From Thermodesulfobacteriota bacterium (lineage in GTDB: Bacteria; Desulfobacterota_D; UBA1144): a DNA stretch of 64,000 nt. Below are positions 18,134-28,652 of this stretch, piece by piece. The position numbers were made by a program, and so were the translations under genes. How positions within the stretch are numbered: position 1 is the first letter of the stretch; each line of letters opens with the position of its first letter. The stretch spans positions 96,001 through 160,000 of the forward strand of contig JAYYZJ010000012.1 in assembly GCA_036340075.1 (NCBI GenBank), written 5' to 3'. The notes beneath the pieces are model-generated. The model had not been told where the DNA came from, did not search any database, and worked only from the letters and a program-made list of their open reading frames with translations.

Positions 18134-19186
18134 ATGAGTAAAGTTAAATTTGGTCTCGTCCCCCCAATGCCTGGTGCTGATGCGAGTGGTCTTTTGAACT
18201 TTTCAGTAAAAGCAGATGAATTAGGTTTTGATAGTCTTTGGTTTCCTGACCATTTAGCTTTTATAGCTCCTCATCCAGCTTTTGAGGCATGGACAATTGC
18301 CGCAGCAGTTGCGGCTAATACAAAAAATATTACTTTAGGAGCAACTTCGGATCCTCACAGAAACCACCCAGCTGTTTTTGCTCAAAGACTTGCAACTATT
18401 GATCATATATCAAAAGGTAGAGCCGCTCTTGCCTTAGGGGTTGGTGAATCAATGAATCTTGATGCATATGGAATTCCTTGGGATAAACCTTTTGAAAGAA
18501 TGGTAGAGTCAGTTGAGGCTATGAAGCTTCTCTGGTCAACTAAAGAACCAGTTAATTTTGAAGGGGATTTTTTTAATATGAACCAAGCATCATTGTTGCT
18601 AAATCTTTACGAAGATAGACCAAGCATCCCTTTTTACTTTGCTACTCATACAGACAAAGGATTAGATTTAACTGGAAGAATAGGAGATGGATGGATGCCT
18701 ATAGATTTAACTCCAGATTTATACAAAGAGTCTCTAGACAAAATTATTACATCAGCAAATCAGACTGGACGAACAAGTGACGATATAGACTCTACCTTGT
18801 GGGTATTTACTTCCTTAGGAGAAAATGAGGACGAAGCCTATAAAACCTTAGAGCCTTTTAGGTATGTTTGCATTATGCAGGATCAATTGAAACGCGCAGG
18901 ATACGACATCGATATACCAGAAGAATACAAAGGCTTGAATTATTTTAATATAACGCCTACAGATGAAGACAGGAAGCAAAAATTTAGGGATATGGGTCAA
19001 TATTTTCCTAGAGAGGCTGTAATTGATTTTACGATTACTGGATCAAAGGATGATTGCATAAAGAAAATAGAAAGATACATAGACAAGGGAGTTAAACACT
19101 TTGTTCTATTCCATTATTTTAGCCCTAATCCAGACAATGCAATGGAAGTATATGCTAAAGATATAATCCCATATTTTAATTCTTAG
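18134..19186 (+). CDS. Luciferase-like (LLM) flavin/F420-dependent oxidoreductase
   Basis: GFDSLWFPDH, HPAVFAQRLATIDHISKGRAALALGVG and GDGWMP motifs. Confidence 0.88.
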   Translation: MSKVKFGLVPPMPGADASGLLNFSVKADELGFDSLWFPDHLAFIAPHPAFEAWTIAAAVAANTKNITLGATSDPHRNHPAVFAQRLATIDHISKGRAALALGVGESMNLDAYGIPWDKPFERMVESVEAMKLLWSTKEPVNFEGDFFNMNQASLLLNLYEDRPSIPFYFATHTDKGLDLTGRIGDGWMPIDLTPDLYKESLDKIITSANQTGRTSDDIDSTLWVFTSLGENEDEAYKTLEPFRYVCIMQDQLKRAGYDIDIPEEYKGLNYFNITPTDEDRKQKFRDMGQYFPREAVIDFTITGSKDDCIKKIERYIDKGVKHFVLFHYFSPNPDNAMEVYAKDIIPYFNS

Positions 19187-20751
19187 TTATTCTCAAGAAC
19201 TATTTCGTTAAAATCTATGATTCCCATACTTGTGAAGCCCGCATCATTAATTCTTTTGCTTTTCAAGTAAAGCTGAACAGAATAAAAAATAGGCATTATA
19301 GCAATCTCTTCAATAGTAAGTATTTTGTTAGCTTCTTGGTATAGCTTTTCGCTTTCCTCTGCATTGTAATTAGAAGAAGCAAGTCTAACAGCATTATCAT
19401 ATTGAATATTACACCATCCAGTTTCGTTGTTACCGCTACTACAAGTAAAAAGATTCATAAAATTATGAGCATGTGGATAATCTGCAATCCATCCACCTCT
19501 AAACATGTGAGGCCTATTATTGTCTAAAGTGCTCAAATATATTTTCCATTCCAAGCCTTCTATGTCTATTGTAATTCCTAGAATCTCTGACCATCTATTT
19601 TGAAGAATCTCAGCAATAATCCTATTATTGCCAGATTCAGGATATAAAAGTTTTACATTAGGAAATTTGCTTCTATCTTTATATCCATTTTCATCTAGAA
19701 TTTTTTTTGCTAAATCAATATTCTTTGAATCAAAAAAATATAAGTTTTTATTAGAAAGTTTTGTTTTCATTGGTGGAATATTCTCAGGTAACCAATTATT
19801 GGTTGGCCTAACTGTTCCTTGAAATACCTTTTCAAAAATTCTTTTATCTATGGATATTGCAAAAGCTTTTCTAATCTTTTTATTGTCGAAGGGTGGCTTG
19901 TTAACATTAAAGCCAATATATGTATTAGCAAACCTTTCTTTTGATCTAAGCAAACCTTTTCTTTTTAAATAAGGTATTTCAAGAAGAGGAATGCCACTAC
20001 CATCAACAACATCAAGTTTTCCATTTTCAAACATTGCCAAAGATGATGTTGGATTGCTGTTCATTACTAAAATTATTCTTTTCCTTGATGGATTCTTAGG
20101 TTTTAATAAAATAAAATCATGGTTTTCCCATTTGCTCAAAATATAGTTACCCAAAGTTACAATGTTTTCAGGTTCAATCCATTTTTCTCCATATTTTTCT
20201 ATTATGTCTTTCCTTATTGGGAACGTAGACATGAAACTCAAAAGACTAATAAAATAAGATTTCTTGTTTGTTAAAGTAATTTCTAAAGTCTCAAGGTCTA
20301 TGGCTCTAATGCCAACTTTGTTAAAATCAGAGATTTTTCCTAAATTATATTCTTTCGCATTCTTAATATCATATAAAAAATATGCGTAATCTGCTGCTGT
20401 TTTTGGATTAAGTAATCTCTCCCAAGAATCTATAAAATGCTTAGCTTCTAATTTTTTTCCATCACTCCAAAAATTTTTTTTTATCTTTATTGTTATAACT
20501 TTACCGCTTTTATCTATTGTCCATGATTCAGCCAAATTAGGGACGATTTCATTATTATTATTTATTCTTGTTAGACCATGCATAATGTTGTTGATTATTT
20601 GGAACGAAGTACTATCAGTAGCGAGATTCCAATCCAAGGTTGGCGGCTCGTTGCCTATATTAATCCTAATTGAATCCGAACTGTTTGAATAAGATGAATT
20701 TGTAAATAAAAGTAAAAAGATTAAGGAATAAAGAAAAGTTGTAAATTTCAA
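19183..20751 (-). CDS. oppA: Oligopeptide ABC transporter substrate-binding protein
   Basis: Signal peptide; EPPTLDW, LAESW, WSDG, SWERLLNPKTA and RGGWIADYP motifs. Confidence 0.88.
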   Translation of the reverse strand: MKFTTFLYSLIFLLLFTNSSYSNSSDSIRINIGNEPPTLDWNLATDSTSFQIINNIMHGLTRINNNNEIVPNLAESWTIDKSGKVITIKIKKNFWSDGKKLEAKHFIDSWERLLNPKTAADYAYFLYDIKNAKEYNLGKISDFNKVGIRAIDLETLEITLTNKKSYFISLLSFMSTFPIRKDIIEKYGEKWIEPENIVTLGNYILSKWENHDFILLKPKNPSRKRIILVMNSNPTSSLAMFENGKLDVVDGSGIPLLEIPYLKRKGLLRSKERFANTYIGFNVNKPPFDNKKIRKAFAISIDKRIFEKVFQGTVRPTNNWLPENIPPMKTKLSNKNLYFFDSKNIDLAKKILDENGYKDRSKFPNVKLLYPESGNNRIIAEILQNRWSEILGITIDIEGLEWKIYLSTLDNNRPHMFRGGWIADYPHAHNFMNLFTCSSGNNETGWCNIQYDNAVRLASSNYNAEESEKLYQEANKILTIEEIAIMPIFYSVQLYLKSKRINDAGFTSMGIIDFNEIVLENN

Positions 20752-20754
20752 AAT

Positions 20755-21255
20755 CTATTCTTGCTCTGGGTCTTCAACTGTGATTAGGTGAGCCCCAAGT
20801 TCAACGGTATCTCCTTCCTGAACATTGATTTCAGTAACCTTTCCAGAAATAGAAGTTTTTAGCTCACTTTCCATTTTCATTGCTTCAACAACTATTAAGC
20901 CTTCTCCTTCTGAAACTTCATCACCAATATTTTTCAGTAATTTTATAATCCTTCCAGGCATTGGAGCATTTATTTTATCTATTCCAGATGCATTATCTAA
21001 ACCGGTTCTTTCTCTTTGAGAAGGGATTTCAAATTCAAACAAATCTCCTCTAAAATAAATTTGGATTTTCTTACCTTCTTTATTGATAGAAATATTATAA
21101 GTTGAGCCATCAACCACGAAAGAATAAAGATTAGAGTCAACTTTTATTAATTCTCCTGAAAATTCTTTATCCTCTAAGGTAACTATATATCCTCCATCTT
21201 GTTCATTAAGATCAAAAGAAATTAATTTGTTAGCTATTTTTATATCATATTTCAT
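20755..21255 (-). CDS. Biotin carboxyl carrier protein of acyl-CoA carboxylase
   Basis: APMPG...EAMKME biotinylation motif. Confidence 0.93.
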   Translation of the reverse strand: MKYDIKIANKLISFDLNEQDGGYIVTLEDKEFSGELIKVDSNLYSFVVDGSTYNISINKEGKKIQIYFRGDLFEFEIPSQRERTGLDNASGIDKINAPMPGRIIKLLKNIGDEVSEGEGLIVVEAMKMESELKTSISGKVTEINVQEGDTVELGAHLITVEDPEQE

Positions 21256-21257
21256 TT

Positions 21258-22754
21258 TTACGATAAAGAATTTCTAGAAATACCAGATCTCCTTGCAATA
21301 TATTTCCATGGTGTAAATTTAGGATCCCTCTTGTTAATTTGTGTGCCGTTGAAAGTATGAAGTACGATTGCAGATGCAACTAAAGCCAAATCGCTATTTT
21401 CTTTAGGAACAGATAAAAGCTCTTGATGATTTTCAATAAATCCCGTGTCTAGCTTACCTTCAATAAAATCCAAATCTGACATCAATCTTATTAAAAATCC
21501 TAAATTTGTTCTCACACCAAGTACAACATATTCTGATAGAGCTCGACTCATCCTTTTTATAGCATCTTCTCTGTCATTGCCCCAGACAATTAATTTAGAC
21601 AGCATTGGATCATAAAAAGTTGTTACTTCGTATCCATTATATAAAGAAGAGTCATCTCTCACCCCAGGACCTTGTGGAGATTTTACATAATTGATAATCC
21701 CAGGAGTTGGAAGGAAATTGTTGTCCGGATCTTCAGCGCATACTCTACATTCCATTGCATGACCTTTTCTTGATATATCTTCTTGTTTGAAACTTAATTT
21801 ATTTCCACAAGCAATTGATATCATTTCCTTTACAATATCTATTCCTGTTATCATTTCTGTAATAGGATGCTCAACTTGAACTCTTGTATTCATTTCAAGA
21901 AAATAAAAATTCTCTTTTTGATCCATAATGAATTCAACTGTTCCAGCGCCATAATAAGATACTTCTTTTGCTAATTTTACTGCTATTTTTCCCATTTTTT
22001 TTCTGGTTTCTTCACTTACCCCAGGAGAAGGAGCTTCTTCTACAACTTTTTGATGTCTTCTTTGAATTGAACATTCTCTCTCAAATAAGTGAACAACATT
22101 GCCTTTTTTGTCGCCTAAAACTTGTATTTCTATATGTCTTGGTTCTTGAACAAACTTTTCAATAAAAACTGCATCATTATTGAAAGCAGACCTTGCTTCA
22201 CTCTTTGCCATTCGCAAAGAACTTTCAAATTCGGATTCTTCATGAACTAGCCTCATGCCCTTTCCTCCACCACCAGCTGAAGCTTTAATCATTAAAGGAA
22301 AACCTATCTTTTTTGCTTCAGATAAGGCCTCACTATCGCTAACCTCTCCTTCAGTGCCCGGGACCAAAGGAACTTTTGCTGCTTTAGCAATTTCTCTTGA
22401 AGTTATTTTATCTCCCATTTTTTCTATAGAATCAGGACTTGGTCCTATAAAATCTATTTTTGCCCTTTCACATTGTTTTGCGAACTCAGCATTCTCTGAT
22501 AAAAAACCATAGCCTGGATGAATAGCATCACACTTTGCTTTTTTTGCAACTTTTAAAATATTTTCACCTATTAAATAACTCTGACTTGGTAATGGTTTAC
22601 CAATGTTGTAAGACTCATCCGATAAATTTACATGAAGAGAATTTTTGTCAGCATCTGAATAGACAGCCACAGTTTTAATTTCGAGCTCTTTGCATGCTCT
22701 TATTATTCTTACAGCAATTTCTCCTCGATTAGCAATTAGAATTTTTTTGTACAT
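21258..22754 (-). CDS. accC: Biotin carboxylase subunit of acyl-CoA (probably propionyl-CoA) carboxylase
   Basis: IANRGEIA, HPGYGFLSEN, GGGGKGMR, RECSIQRRHQK and EMNTRVQVEH motifs. Confidence 0.93.
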   Translation of the reverse strand: MYKKILIANRGEIAVRIIRACKELEIKTVAVYSDADKNSLHVNLSDESYNIGKPLPSQSYLIGENILKVAKKAKCDAIHPGYGFLSENAEFAKQCERAKIDFIGPSPDSIEKMGDKITSREIAKAAKVPLVPGTEGEVSDSEALSEAKKIGFPLMIKASAGGGGKGMRLVHEESEFESSLRMAKSEARSAFNNDAVFIEKFVQEPRHIEIQVLGDKKGNVVHLFERECSIQRRHQKVVEEAPSPGVSEETRKKMGKIAVKLAKEVSYYGAGTVEFIMDQKENFYFLEMNTRVQVEHPITEMITGIDIVKEMISIACGNKLSFKQEDISRKGHAMECRVCAEDPDNNFLPTPGIINYVKSPQGPGVRDDSSLYNGYEVTTFYDPMLSKLIVWGNDREDAIKRMSRALSEYVVLGVRTNLGFLIRLMSDLDFIEGKLDTGFIENHQELLSVPKENSDLALVASAIVLHTFNGTQINKRDPKFTPWKYIARRSGISRNSLS

Positions 22755-22769
22755 TAAGATTCTCCAAAA

Positions 22770-24332
22770 TTATAGAGGTATTAATCCATGCTTTTTAGGC
22801 GGATTATTCTGTCTTTTCCCATCGAGCATTTCAAAAGCATTTATAACCTTTTTTCTCGTATCCTCAGGCAAAATTACATCGTCGATAAAACCTAAATTCG
22901 CTGCCCTGTAGGGATTAGCAAAAAGACTTTTATACTCTTCGACAAGTCTTTCTTTTTCGGCAACTGGATCATCTGAATTTTGAATTTCTTTTCTATTTAC
23001 AATATTAACTGCTCCATCTGGACCCATAACAGCTATTTCAGCTGTTGGGAAAGCAAGATTGATATCACCTCTTATGTGCTTTGAAGACATAACATCATAT
23101 GCTCCACCATAAGCTTTTCTAGTGATAACGGTTACTCGAGGGACTGTTGCTTCGCAGTACGCATAAAGTAGTTTGGCACCATGTAAGATAATCCCATTAA
23201 GCTCTTGATCAACACCAGGAAGAAATCCTGGTACGTCTACAAAAGTTAATAAGGGAATATTGAAGCAATCGCAAAATCTAACAAATCTTGCTCCTTTTAT
23301 AGAGGATTCAATATCTAGTACTCCTGCAAGCACATTAGGTTGATTTCCTACAATACCAACTGTTTTTCCGTTTAGTCTAGCAAATCCAATAACTATATTG
23401 CCCGCATAGTTTTCAGCTACTTCAAAGAAATATTCATTATCTACTGTTGCTTTAATAACTTCTTTCATATCATAAGGCTTGTTTGGATTTACAGGGACAA
23501 TATCTCTTAATTTGTCGACTTTTCTATCTATTGGATCATCGCATTTAATTTCAGGAGGGTCTTCCATGTTGTTCAATGGAAGAAAGCCTATTAGTTCTCT
23601 CAACAGACTCAAGCAATCTTCATCATTCTCGGCTGCGAACTGTGCTACGCCACTTTTTGTGCTATGAACTAGAGCTCCACCAAGATCTTCGGAACTTACT
23701 TCCTCATGAGTAACAGTCTTAATAACATCAGGTCCAGTTATAAACATATAGCTAGTATCTTTTACCATAGCAATGAAATCAGTCATGGCAGGAGAGTATA
23801 CAGCTCCACCAGCACACGGACCCATAATAGCTGAAAGTTGTGGTACAACTCCAGAGGCTTGAACGTTTCTTAAAAATATTTCTGCATAACCTGCTAATCC
23901 TCTAATACCTTCTTGGATTCTTGCTCCACCAGAATCACAGAGCCCAATTACTGGGCACCCCACCTGAACAGCCATGTCCATAATTCTAGTAATCTTCCTA
24001 GCATGACCAAGTCCAAGCGCACCTCCAAAAACAGTAAAATCTTGGGAGTAAACAAAAACCTGTCTCCCGTCTATTTTTCCGTATCCTGTAACTACACCAT
24101 CTCCCATAAACTTAGTTTTATCCATACCAAAATTATGGTTTTGGTGTTCTACAAATTTTCCTTGTTCGACAAAGGTGTCATTGTCTAAAAGAGCATGAAT
24201 TCTTTCTCTGGCAGTTAACTTTCCTCGTTCGTGTTGTTTTTTAATTCTGTCAGGGCCCCCACCTTCCTCTGCCTTCTTAACTTTCTCTTCCAGGAACTCA
24301 ATCTTCTGTTCCATAGTTTGATCTTTTTCCAT
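22770..24332 (-). CDS. pccB: Propionyl-CoA carboxylase beta (carboxyltransferase) subunit
   Basis: [47 protein letters not shown] and KKHGLIPL motifs. Confidence 0.93.
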   Translation of the reverse strand: MEKDQTMEQKIEFLEEKVKKAEEGGGPDRIKKQHERGKLTARERIHALLDNDTFVEQGKFVEHQNHNFGMDKTKFMGDGVVTGYGKIDGRQVFVYSQDFTVFGGALGLGHARKITRIMDMAVQVGCPVIGLCDSGGARIQEGIRGLAGYAEIFLRNVQASGVVPQLSAIMGPCAGGAVYSPAMTDFIAMVKDTSYMFITGPDVIKTVTHEEVSSEDLGGALVHSTKSGVAQFAAENDEDCLSLLRELIGFLPLNNMEDPPEIKCDDPIDRKVDKLRDIVPVNPNKPYDMKEVIKATVDNEYFFEVAENYAGNIVIGFARLNGKTVGIVGNQPNVLAGVLDIESSIKGARFVRFCDCFNIPLLTFVDVPGFLPGVDQELNGIILHGAKLLYAYCEATVPRVTVITRKAYGGAYDVMSSKHIRGDINLAFPTAEIAVMGPDGAVNIVNRKEIQNSDDPVAEKERLVEEYKSLFANPYRAANLGFIDDVILPEDTRKKVINAFEMLDGKRQNNPPKKHGLIPL

Positions 24333-24416
24333 TCTAGCCTCGCGAAATATTAATCCAAAAAATAAAAAATATATATATAAACGATATAAATTAAATAATA
24401 ACTATAAAAATATAAT

Positions 24417-25031
24417 CTAAAAGGATAAATTATCCAATATCAAATGTAATTGACTCTTTAAGTTGACTATTTTTTTACCATTATTTATAACAAAATCAGC
24501 GTTTTTTCTATTTTTTTCAACTTCTTTTTGCATATTTATCAAATTAACTGCACTTTTTTTGTCTAATGAGTCTCTCTTCATTATTCTTTCAACCAAAATT
24601 TTTTTTGGAGCATGAATATAGATTATCAGATCCAACAACTTACTCATCGACCCTTTTTTGGATAAGAGCGCTCCTTCAAATACAATTATTTTTTCTTTTC
24701 TGTTCACATTCTTTTGAAGAATTTTTTCAATGCTTTTAATTAATTCGGGATGAATTATTTTATTAAGTTGCATCCTTTTGTTTTTATTAGAAAAAACAAG
24801 AAGTCTTAATCTTTTTTTGTTGATTGTTAAGTTCTTGTTGAGTATAGATGAACCAAAGGTTTTTTTTACTTTTCTATATGAGGGGGTATTTTTTCTTAGT
24901 AATTTTTTTGCTTCAACATCAAGATCTATTGTCGGAATATTTCTTAATTTGAAAAATCTAATAGATTCGGATTTACCGCTTCCCATTAATCCACAAATCC
25001 CAATTGACAATATATTAAATAGTTTTTTCAT
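24417..25031 (-). CDS. coaE: Dephospho-CoA kinase
   Basis: GICGLMGSGKS P-loop, LNKIIHP, RIMKRD and ADFVINN motifs. Confidence 0.9.
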   Translation of the reverse strand: MKKLFNILSIGICGLMGSGKSESIRFFKLRNIPTIDLDVEAKKLLRKNTPSYRKVKKTFGSSILNKNLTINKKRLRLLVFSNKNKRMQLNKIIHPELIKSIEKILQKNVNRKEKIIVFEGALLSKKGSMSKLLDLIIYIHAPKKILVERIMKRDSLDKKSAVNLINMQKEVEKNRKNADFVINNGKKIVNLKSQLHLILDNLSF

Positions 25032-26392
25032 AATAAAAGCTTTTTAATCCGTTTTAGAGTTAAATCTTTACCAAGAATCTGAATTAACTCATATATGCCA
25101 GGAGATACTTTGCTTCCTGTTAATGCAATTCTTATTGGCAATCCAATATCTTTAAATTTAATTGAATGCTCTGAAATAATATTCTCAAATAGTGCTTTGA
25201 TATTTTCATGCGAAAAATCATTCAACAACTCCATTTTTTTGTATAGGTCGTCGATAATCTTTTCAGATGAAGGTTTATTTAAATCTTTAATTAATTTGCT
25301 ATCGATTTCCAAATGTTCACTTTGACAAAATATTAGAGCTTCTTTTAACTCCAGAAGAGTTTTTGCTTTTTCTTTAGTTGTATTGATTGCCATTTCTACG
25401 TCAATATCTTTATAAAAACTAATATCCATTATCTTTTCTAACTCTTTACTGCTTAATTTTTTTATATGAGACGAATTAACCCAATCTAGTTTGTCTTTAT
25501 CAAATATGGCAGGAGACTTATTCAAATTTTCTAAAGAAAATAAATTCATCATTTCATCCATACTAAATAATTCTTGATCTCCATGCGACCATCCCAACCT
25601 AGCCAAATAATTTACTATCGCTATAGGCAAATATCCTAAGTCTTTATATTTTTTAATTGATTCCGCACCATGTCTCTTGCTAAGTTTGCTTTTGTCTTTA
25701 CCTAATATCATAGAAACATGAGTAAAAGAAGGAGGATTTCTTTTTATTGCCTTGAACAACAGTACTTGTTTCGCAGTATTAGCAAGATGATCTTCTCCCC
25801 TAATTACATTGGTAATATGCATCTCTGAATCATCAATTACCGATGCAAAATTATAAGTAGGAAATCCATCGCTCTTTATTATTACGAAATCATCTATATT
25901 CTCGGAGTCGATATTTATTTGACCTCTTAATGTATCAGTAAATGTTATTTTTTCCGAATCTGGAGCTTTGAACCTTATAACATAATCTCCATTTGAAGGA
26001 TGATCCTTCCTATCTCTCCATATTCTAGGATATTTGTAGACCCTGTTTTCTTTAGTAGCTTCTTCTTTTAGTATTCTAATTTCTTCATTTGTTGTAAAAC
26101 ATTTATAAGCTAAATTTTCTTCTATAAGAACATTTGCAAAATTATTATAAATTTCAAGTCTACTAGATTGAATATGAGGTCCTTCATCCCAATCTATACC
26201 CAGCCATTTTAATGAACTAATTATTTCTTCTAAAGAATCAGCACTTGATCTCTCACGGTCAGTATCTTCAATTCTTAAAATCATTTTTCCTTTATTCTTC
26301 TTTGCATAAAGATAATTAAATATGGCAGTTCGTACTCCACCTAAATGAAGAGAACCGGTTGGGCTTGGTGCAAATCTTGTTACAACACTCAT
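25028..26392 (-). CDS. gltX: Glutamyl-tRNA synthetase
   Basis: TRFAPSPTGSLHLGG, LRIEDTD, IRGEDH and KLSKRHG motifs. Confidence 0.97.
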   Translation of the reverse strand: MSVVTRFAPSPTGSLHLGGVRTAIFNYLYAKKNKGKMILRIEDTDRERSSADSLEEIISSLKWLGIDWDEGPHIQSSRLEIYNNFANVLIEENLAYKCFTTNEEIRILKEEATKENRVYKYPRIWRDRKDHPSNGDYVIRFKAPDSEKITFTDTLRGQINIDSENIDDFVIIKSDGFPTYNFASVIDDSEMHITNVIRGEDHLANTAKQVLLFKAIKRNPPSFTHVSMILGKDKSKLSKRHGAESIKKYKDLGYLPIAIVNYLARLGWSHGDQELFSMDEMMNLFSLENLNKSPAIFDKDKLDWVNSSHIKKLSSKELEKIMDISFYKDIDVEMAINTTKEKAKTLLELKEALIFCQSEHLEIDSKLIKDLNKPSSEKIIDDLYKKMELLNDFSHENIKALFENIISEHSIKFKDIGLPIRIALTGSKVSPGIYELIQILGKDLTLKRIKKLLL

Positions 26393-26443
26393 TTTAAATT
26401 AACTTAATTTATTCTATCATAACTATATAATATAAGTTATCTA

Positions 26444-26863
26444 ATGAGTATTTTAGCAATAGATTTCGGTTTAAGTAAAATAGGTATAGCAGGAAGTGAT
26501 GAATTAAATATTGCTAGTCATCCTATTAAATCTATAAGGAACAAATCCGACAATAGCCATATTGATGAGATACTAGCTATTATTGATGATCGTAAACCGA
26601 AACTCATATTAATTGGACTTCCATATAAGGATGATGGTAGGTTAAAAATACAGGATTATATTGAAGATTTTCATGATAATCTGAAGATAAAAACAAAAAC
26701 TAAAATAGAGTTTTGGAATGAAAATTTTACCTCCAAAGAAGCAGATGAAATATTAATAAAGAAAATGAATGTTTCAAGAAAGAAAAGAAAAGAATACCAA
26801 GATATGTTGTCAGCATGTTTAATTATTGATAGCTATATAAGGAGTCTGCAATCCCATACTTAA
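26444..26863 (+). CDS. ruvX: YqgF/RuvX pre-16S rRNA nuclease
   Basis: ILAIDFGLSKIGIAGSD, IGLP, WNENFTS and DMLSACLI motifs. Confidence 0.88.
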   Translation: MSILAIDFGLSKIGIAGSDELNIASHPIKSIRNKSDNSHIDEILAIIDDRKPKLILIGLPYKDDGRLKIQDYIEDFHDNLKIKTKTKIEFWNENFTSKEADEILIKKMNVSRKKRKEYQDMLSACLIIDSYIRSLQSHT

Positions 26864-27636
26864 AAACTAATTCCGGAAGGATAAATTATTTAATTAAAAA
26901 CAAAAAGAACCGTCCCTACATTTTTTTTATTGGAGGTTTAGGAAGCACAATATCAAGTTGGGAAGATCAAATCAATTTATATGCAAAAGATTTTTCTTTG
27001 GTAGTTTTTGACAATCTCGGAAGTGGAAAAAGTGAAAAAACTAAAATCAACCTATCAATGGAAGCTTTCGCAGACAATTGTAATGAAATAATGACAAGAT
27101 TAAAAATACCATCAGCTCACGTGATTGGTAAATCTATGGGAGGCATGATAGCACAGGTTTTTGCATCAAAGTTCCCGAGAAAAGTAAAAAAATTAGTTTT
27201 AGCGTGCACTTGTGCAACAAGAGATGAGGTAAGTAAAGAGATAATATCAATTTCAAAAAAAATGGCATCACAAGTTGGACTAAAAGAGATTTGGTTTAAC
27301 GCTTTATTGCTAGGTTATTCCAGAAATTATATTGAAAGGAATTTTAAATTCTACAAAAATTCTATAATTTCAAATACCGAAGAAGAAGTCCAAGGTTATT
27401 TGAATCAGTGTAAAGCTATAGAAGGCTTGAACAATATTCATTATCTTAAAAAGATAAAGGCGAAAACTCTTATTATATATGGAAAAAATGACTTAATAGT
27501 ACCGCCAAATAAATCGCTGGAGATGACTAAATATATCAAAAAATCGGAAGTAATCGGTTTTCCTGGTGGACATGGGTTTTGGAAGGAATATAAGTCTATT
27601 GTTAACAAAGAAGTTTTGGATTTTTTAATTAATTAG
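26851..27636 (+). CDS. Alpha/beta hydrolase (3-oxoadipate enol-lactonase-like); probable start is ATC 26851, not TTG 26998
   Basis: Frame is open from 26833. Contains FIGGLG...SW..Q, FDNLGSG, GKSMGG nucleophile elbow, D (NDLIVP) and H (GGHG). AAGGAG SD at 26839-26844. Confidence 0.85.
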   Translation: MPYLKTNSGRINYLIKNKKNRPYIFFIGGLGSTISSWEDQINLYAKDFSLVVFDNLGSGKSEKTKINLSMEAFADNCNEIMTRLKIPSAHVIGKSMGGMIAQVFASKFPRKVKKLVLACTCATRDEVSKEIISISKKMASQVGLKEIWFNALLLGYSRNYIERNFKFYKNSIISNTEEEVQGYLNQCKAIEGLNNIHYLKKIKAKTLIIYGKNDLIVPPNKSLEMTKYIKKSEVIGFPGGHGFWKEYKSIVNKEVLDFLIN

Positions 27637-27662
27637 ATTAAATTTATTACTAAAGTCCTAAA

Positions 27663-28652
27663 ATGCTTGATGAAATATATATCCAATCATTATTAAAAAA
27701 AAGATTCAATTCTAGATCAAATAGTTTTTTGAATGGTATAGGAGATGATGCCGCTGTATGCAATTTACCAAGTGGTAAAATAGTTGTTTCTTGTGACTCA
27801 CAAGTTGAAAATGTTCATTTCATTAAAAACAAATTTAAACCAGAAGAGATTTCTTTAAGAGCACTAGCAATTGCAGCTAGTGATATTTCTGCAATGGGTG
27901 GAAATCCAAAATTTTTTACAAACTCACTTTTTATTCCTAAAGGTACATCAAAAGAATTTATTAATAAAATTTTTACTGGGTTTAAAAAGGCATCAAAGAA
28001 ATTCAATATTTTATTAATTGGTGGCAATGTATCTCGGTCTAATTCTTTCAAAATAGATATAACTGTTATAGGCGAATTGAATTCGAAAAAAAAGTACAAA
28101 GAAAGAGAGAAATGTAAAAAAGGTGATTATTTATATGTATCTGGAAATATAGGTGACGCAGCGCTTGGCTTAAAGATTCTTAAAGAAAAGCCATATTATC
28201 GATTTACAAATACACAGAAAAAATTGGTCAAGAAATATAAACAACCAAATCCACGAATAGAGCTAGGACTTTTTTTAGGTAAGTTAGACTATATTACATC
28301 AATGATTGACATAACTGATGGTTTATCGATAGACTTAAAACGACTTATTGGTTCAAGAAATAAAAAAAAACTTGGCGCTGTTCTTTTTTGGGATGATATA
28401 CCAAAAGCTAAAGAAATAGAGAGACTAAAAAAAAGAAATGATTCTCTTGATTATGTCTTACATGGTGGAGATGATTATGAATTAATGTTTACAGTAGATA
28501 AAAGATTTTCACTTAAATTCGAAAGATTAGCTAAAGAAAAAAATTTTAAAGTTTCTAGGATTGGGGAAATTAATACAAGCAACAAGATAATTTTAAATAT
28601 AGGAGGACAAAATAAAGTTTTAAAACCAAAAGGTTTTATACATAAATTTTAA
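27663..28652 (+). CDS. thiL: Thiamine-monophosphate kinase
   Basis: GIGDDAA, SDISAMGG, MIDITDGL, GGDDYEL and GFIHKF motifs. Confidence 0.94.
   Translation: MLDEIYIQSLLKKRFNSRSNSFLNGIGDDAAVCNLPSGKIVVSCDSQVENVHFIKNKFKPEEISLRALAIAASDISAMGGNPKFFTNSLFIPKGTSKEFINKIFTGFKKASKKFNILLIGGNVSRSNSFKIDITVIGELNSKKKYKEREKCKKGDYLYVSGNIGDAALGLKILKEKPYYRFTNTQKKLVKKYKQPNPRIELGLFLGKLDYITSMIDITDGLSIDLKRLIGSRNKKKLGAVLFWDDIPKAKEIERLKKRNDSLDYVLHGGDDYELMFTVDKRFSLKFERLAKEKNFKVSRIGEINTSNKIILNIGGQNKVLKPKGFIHKF

Noticed and set aside
24333..24416. Very AT-rich spacer as a replication origin or ncRNA
   Set aside because: No DnaA boxes or stable structure visible; most likely the pccB promoter region.
26419..26440. Inverted repeat ATAACT-N10-AGTTAT between divergent gltX and ruvX
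   Set aside because: Short and almost all A/T; expected by chance and overlaps probable promoter elements.
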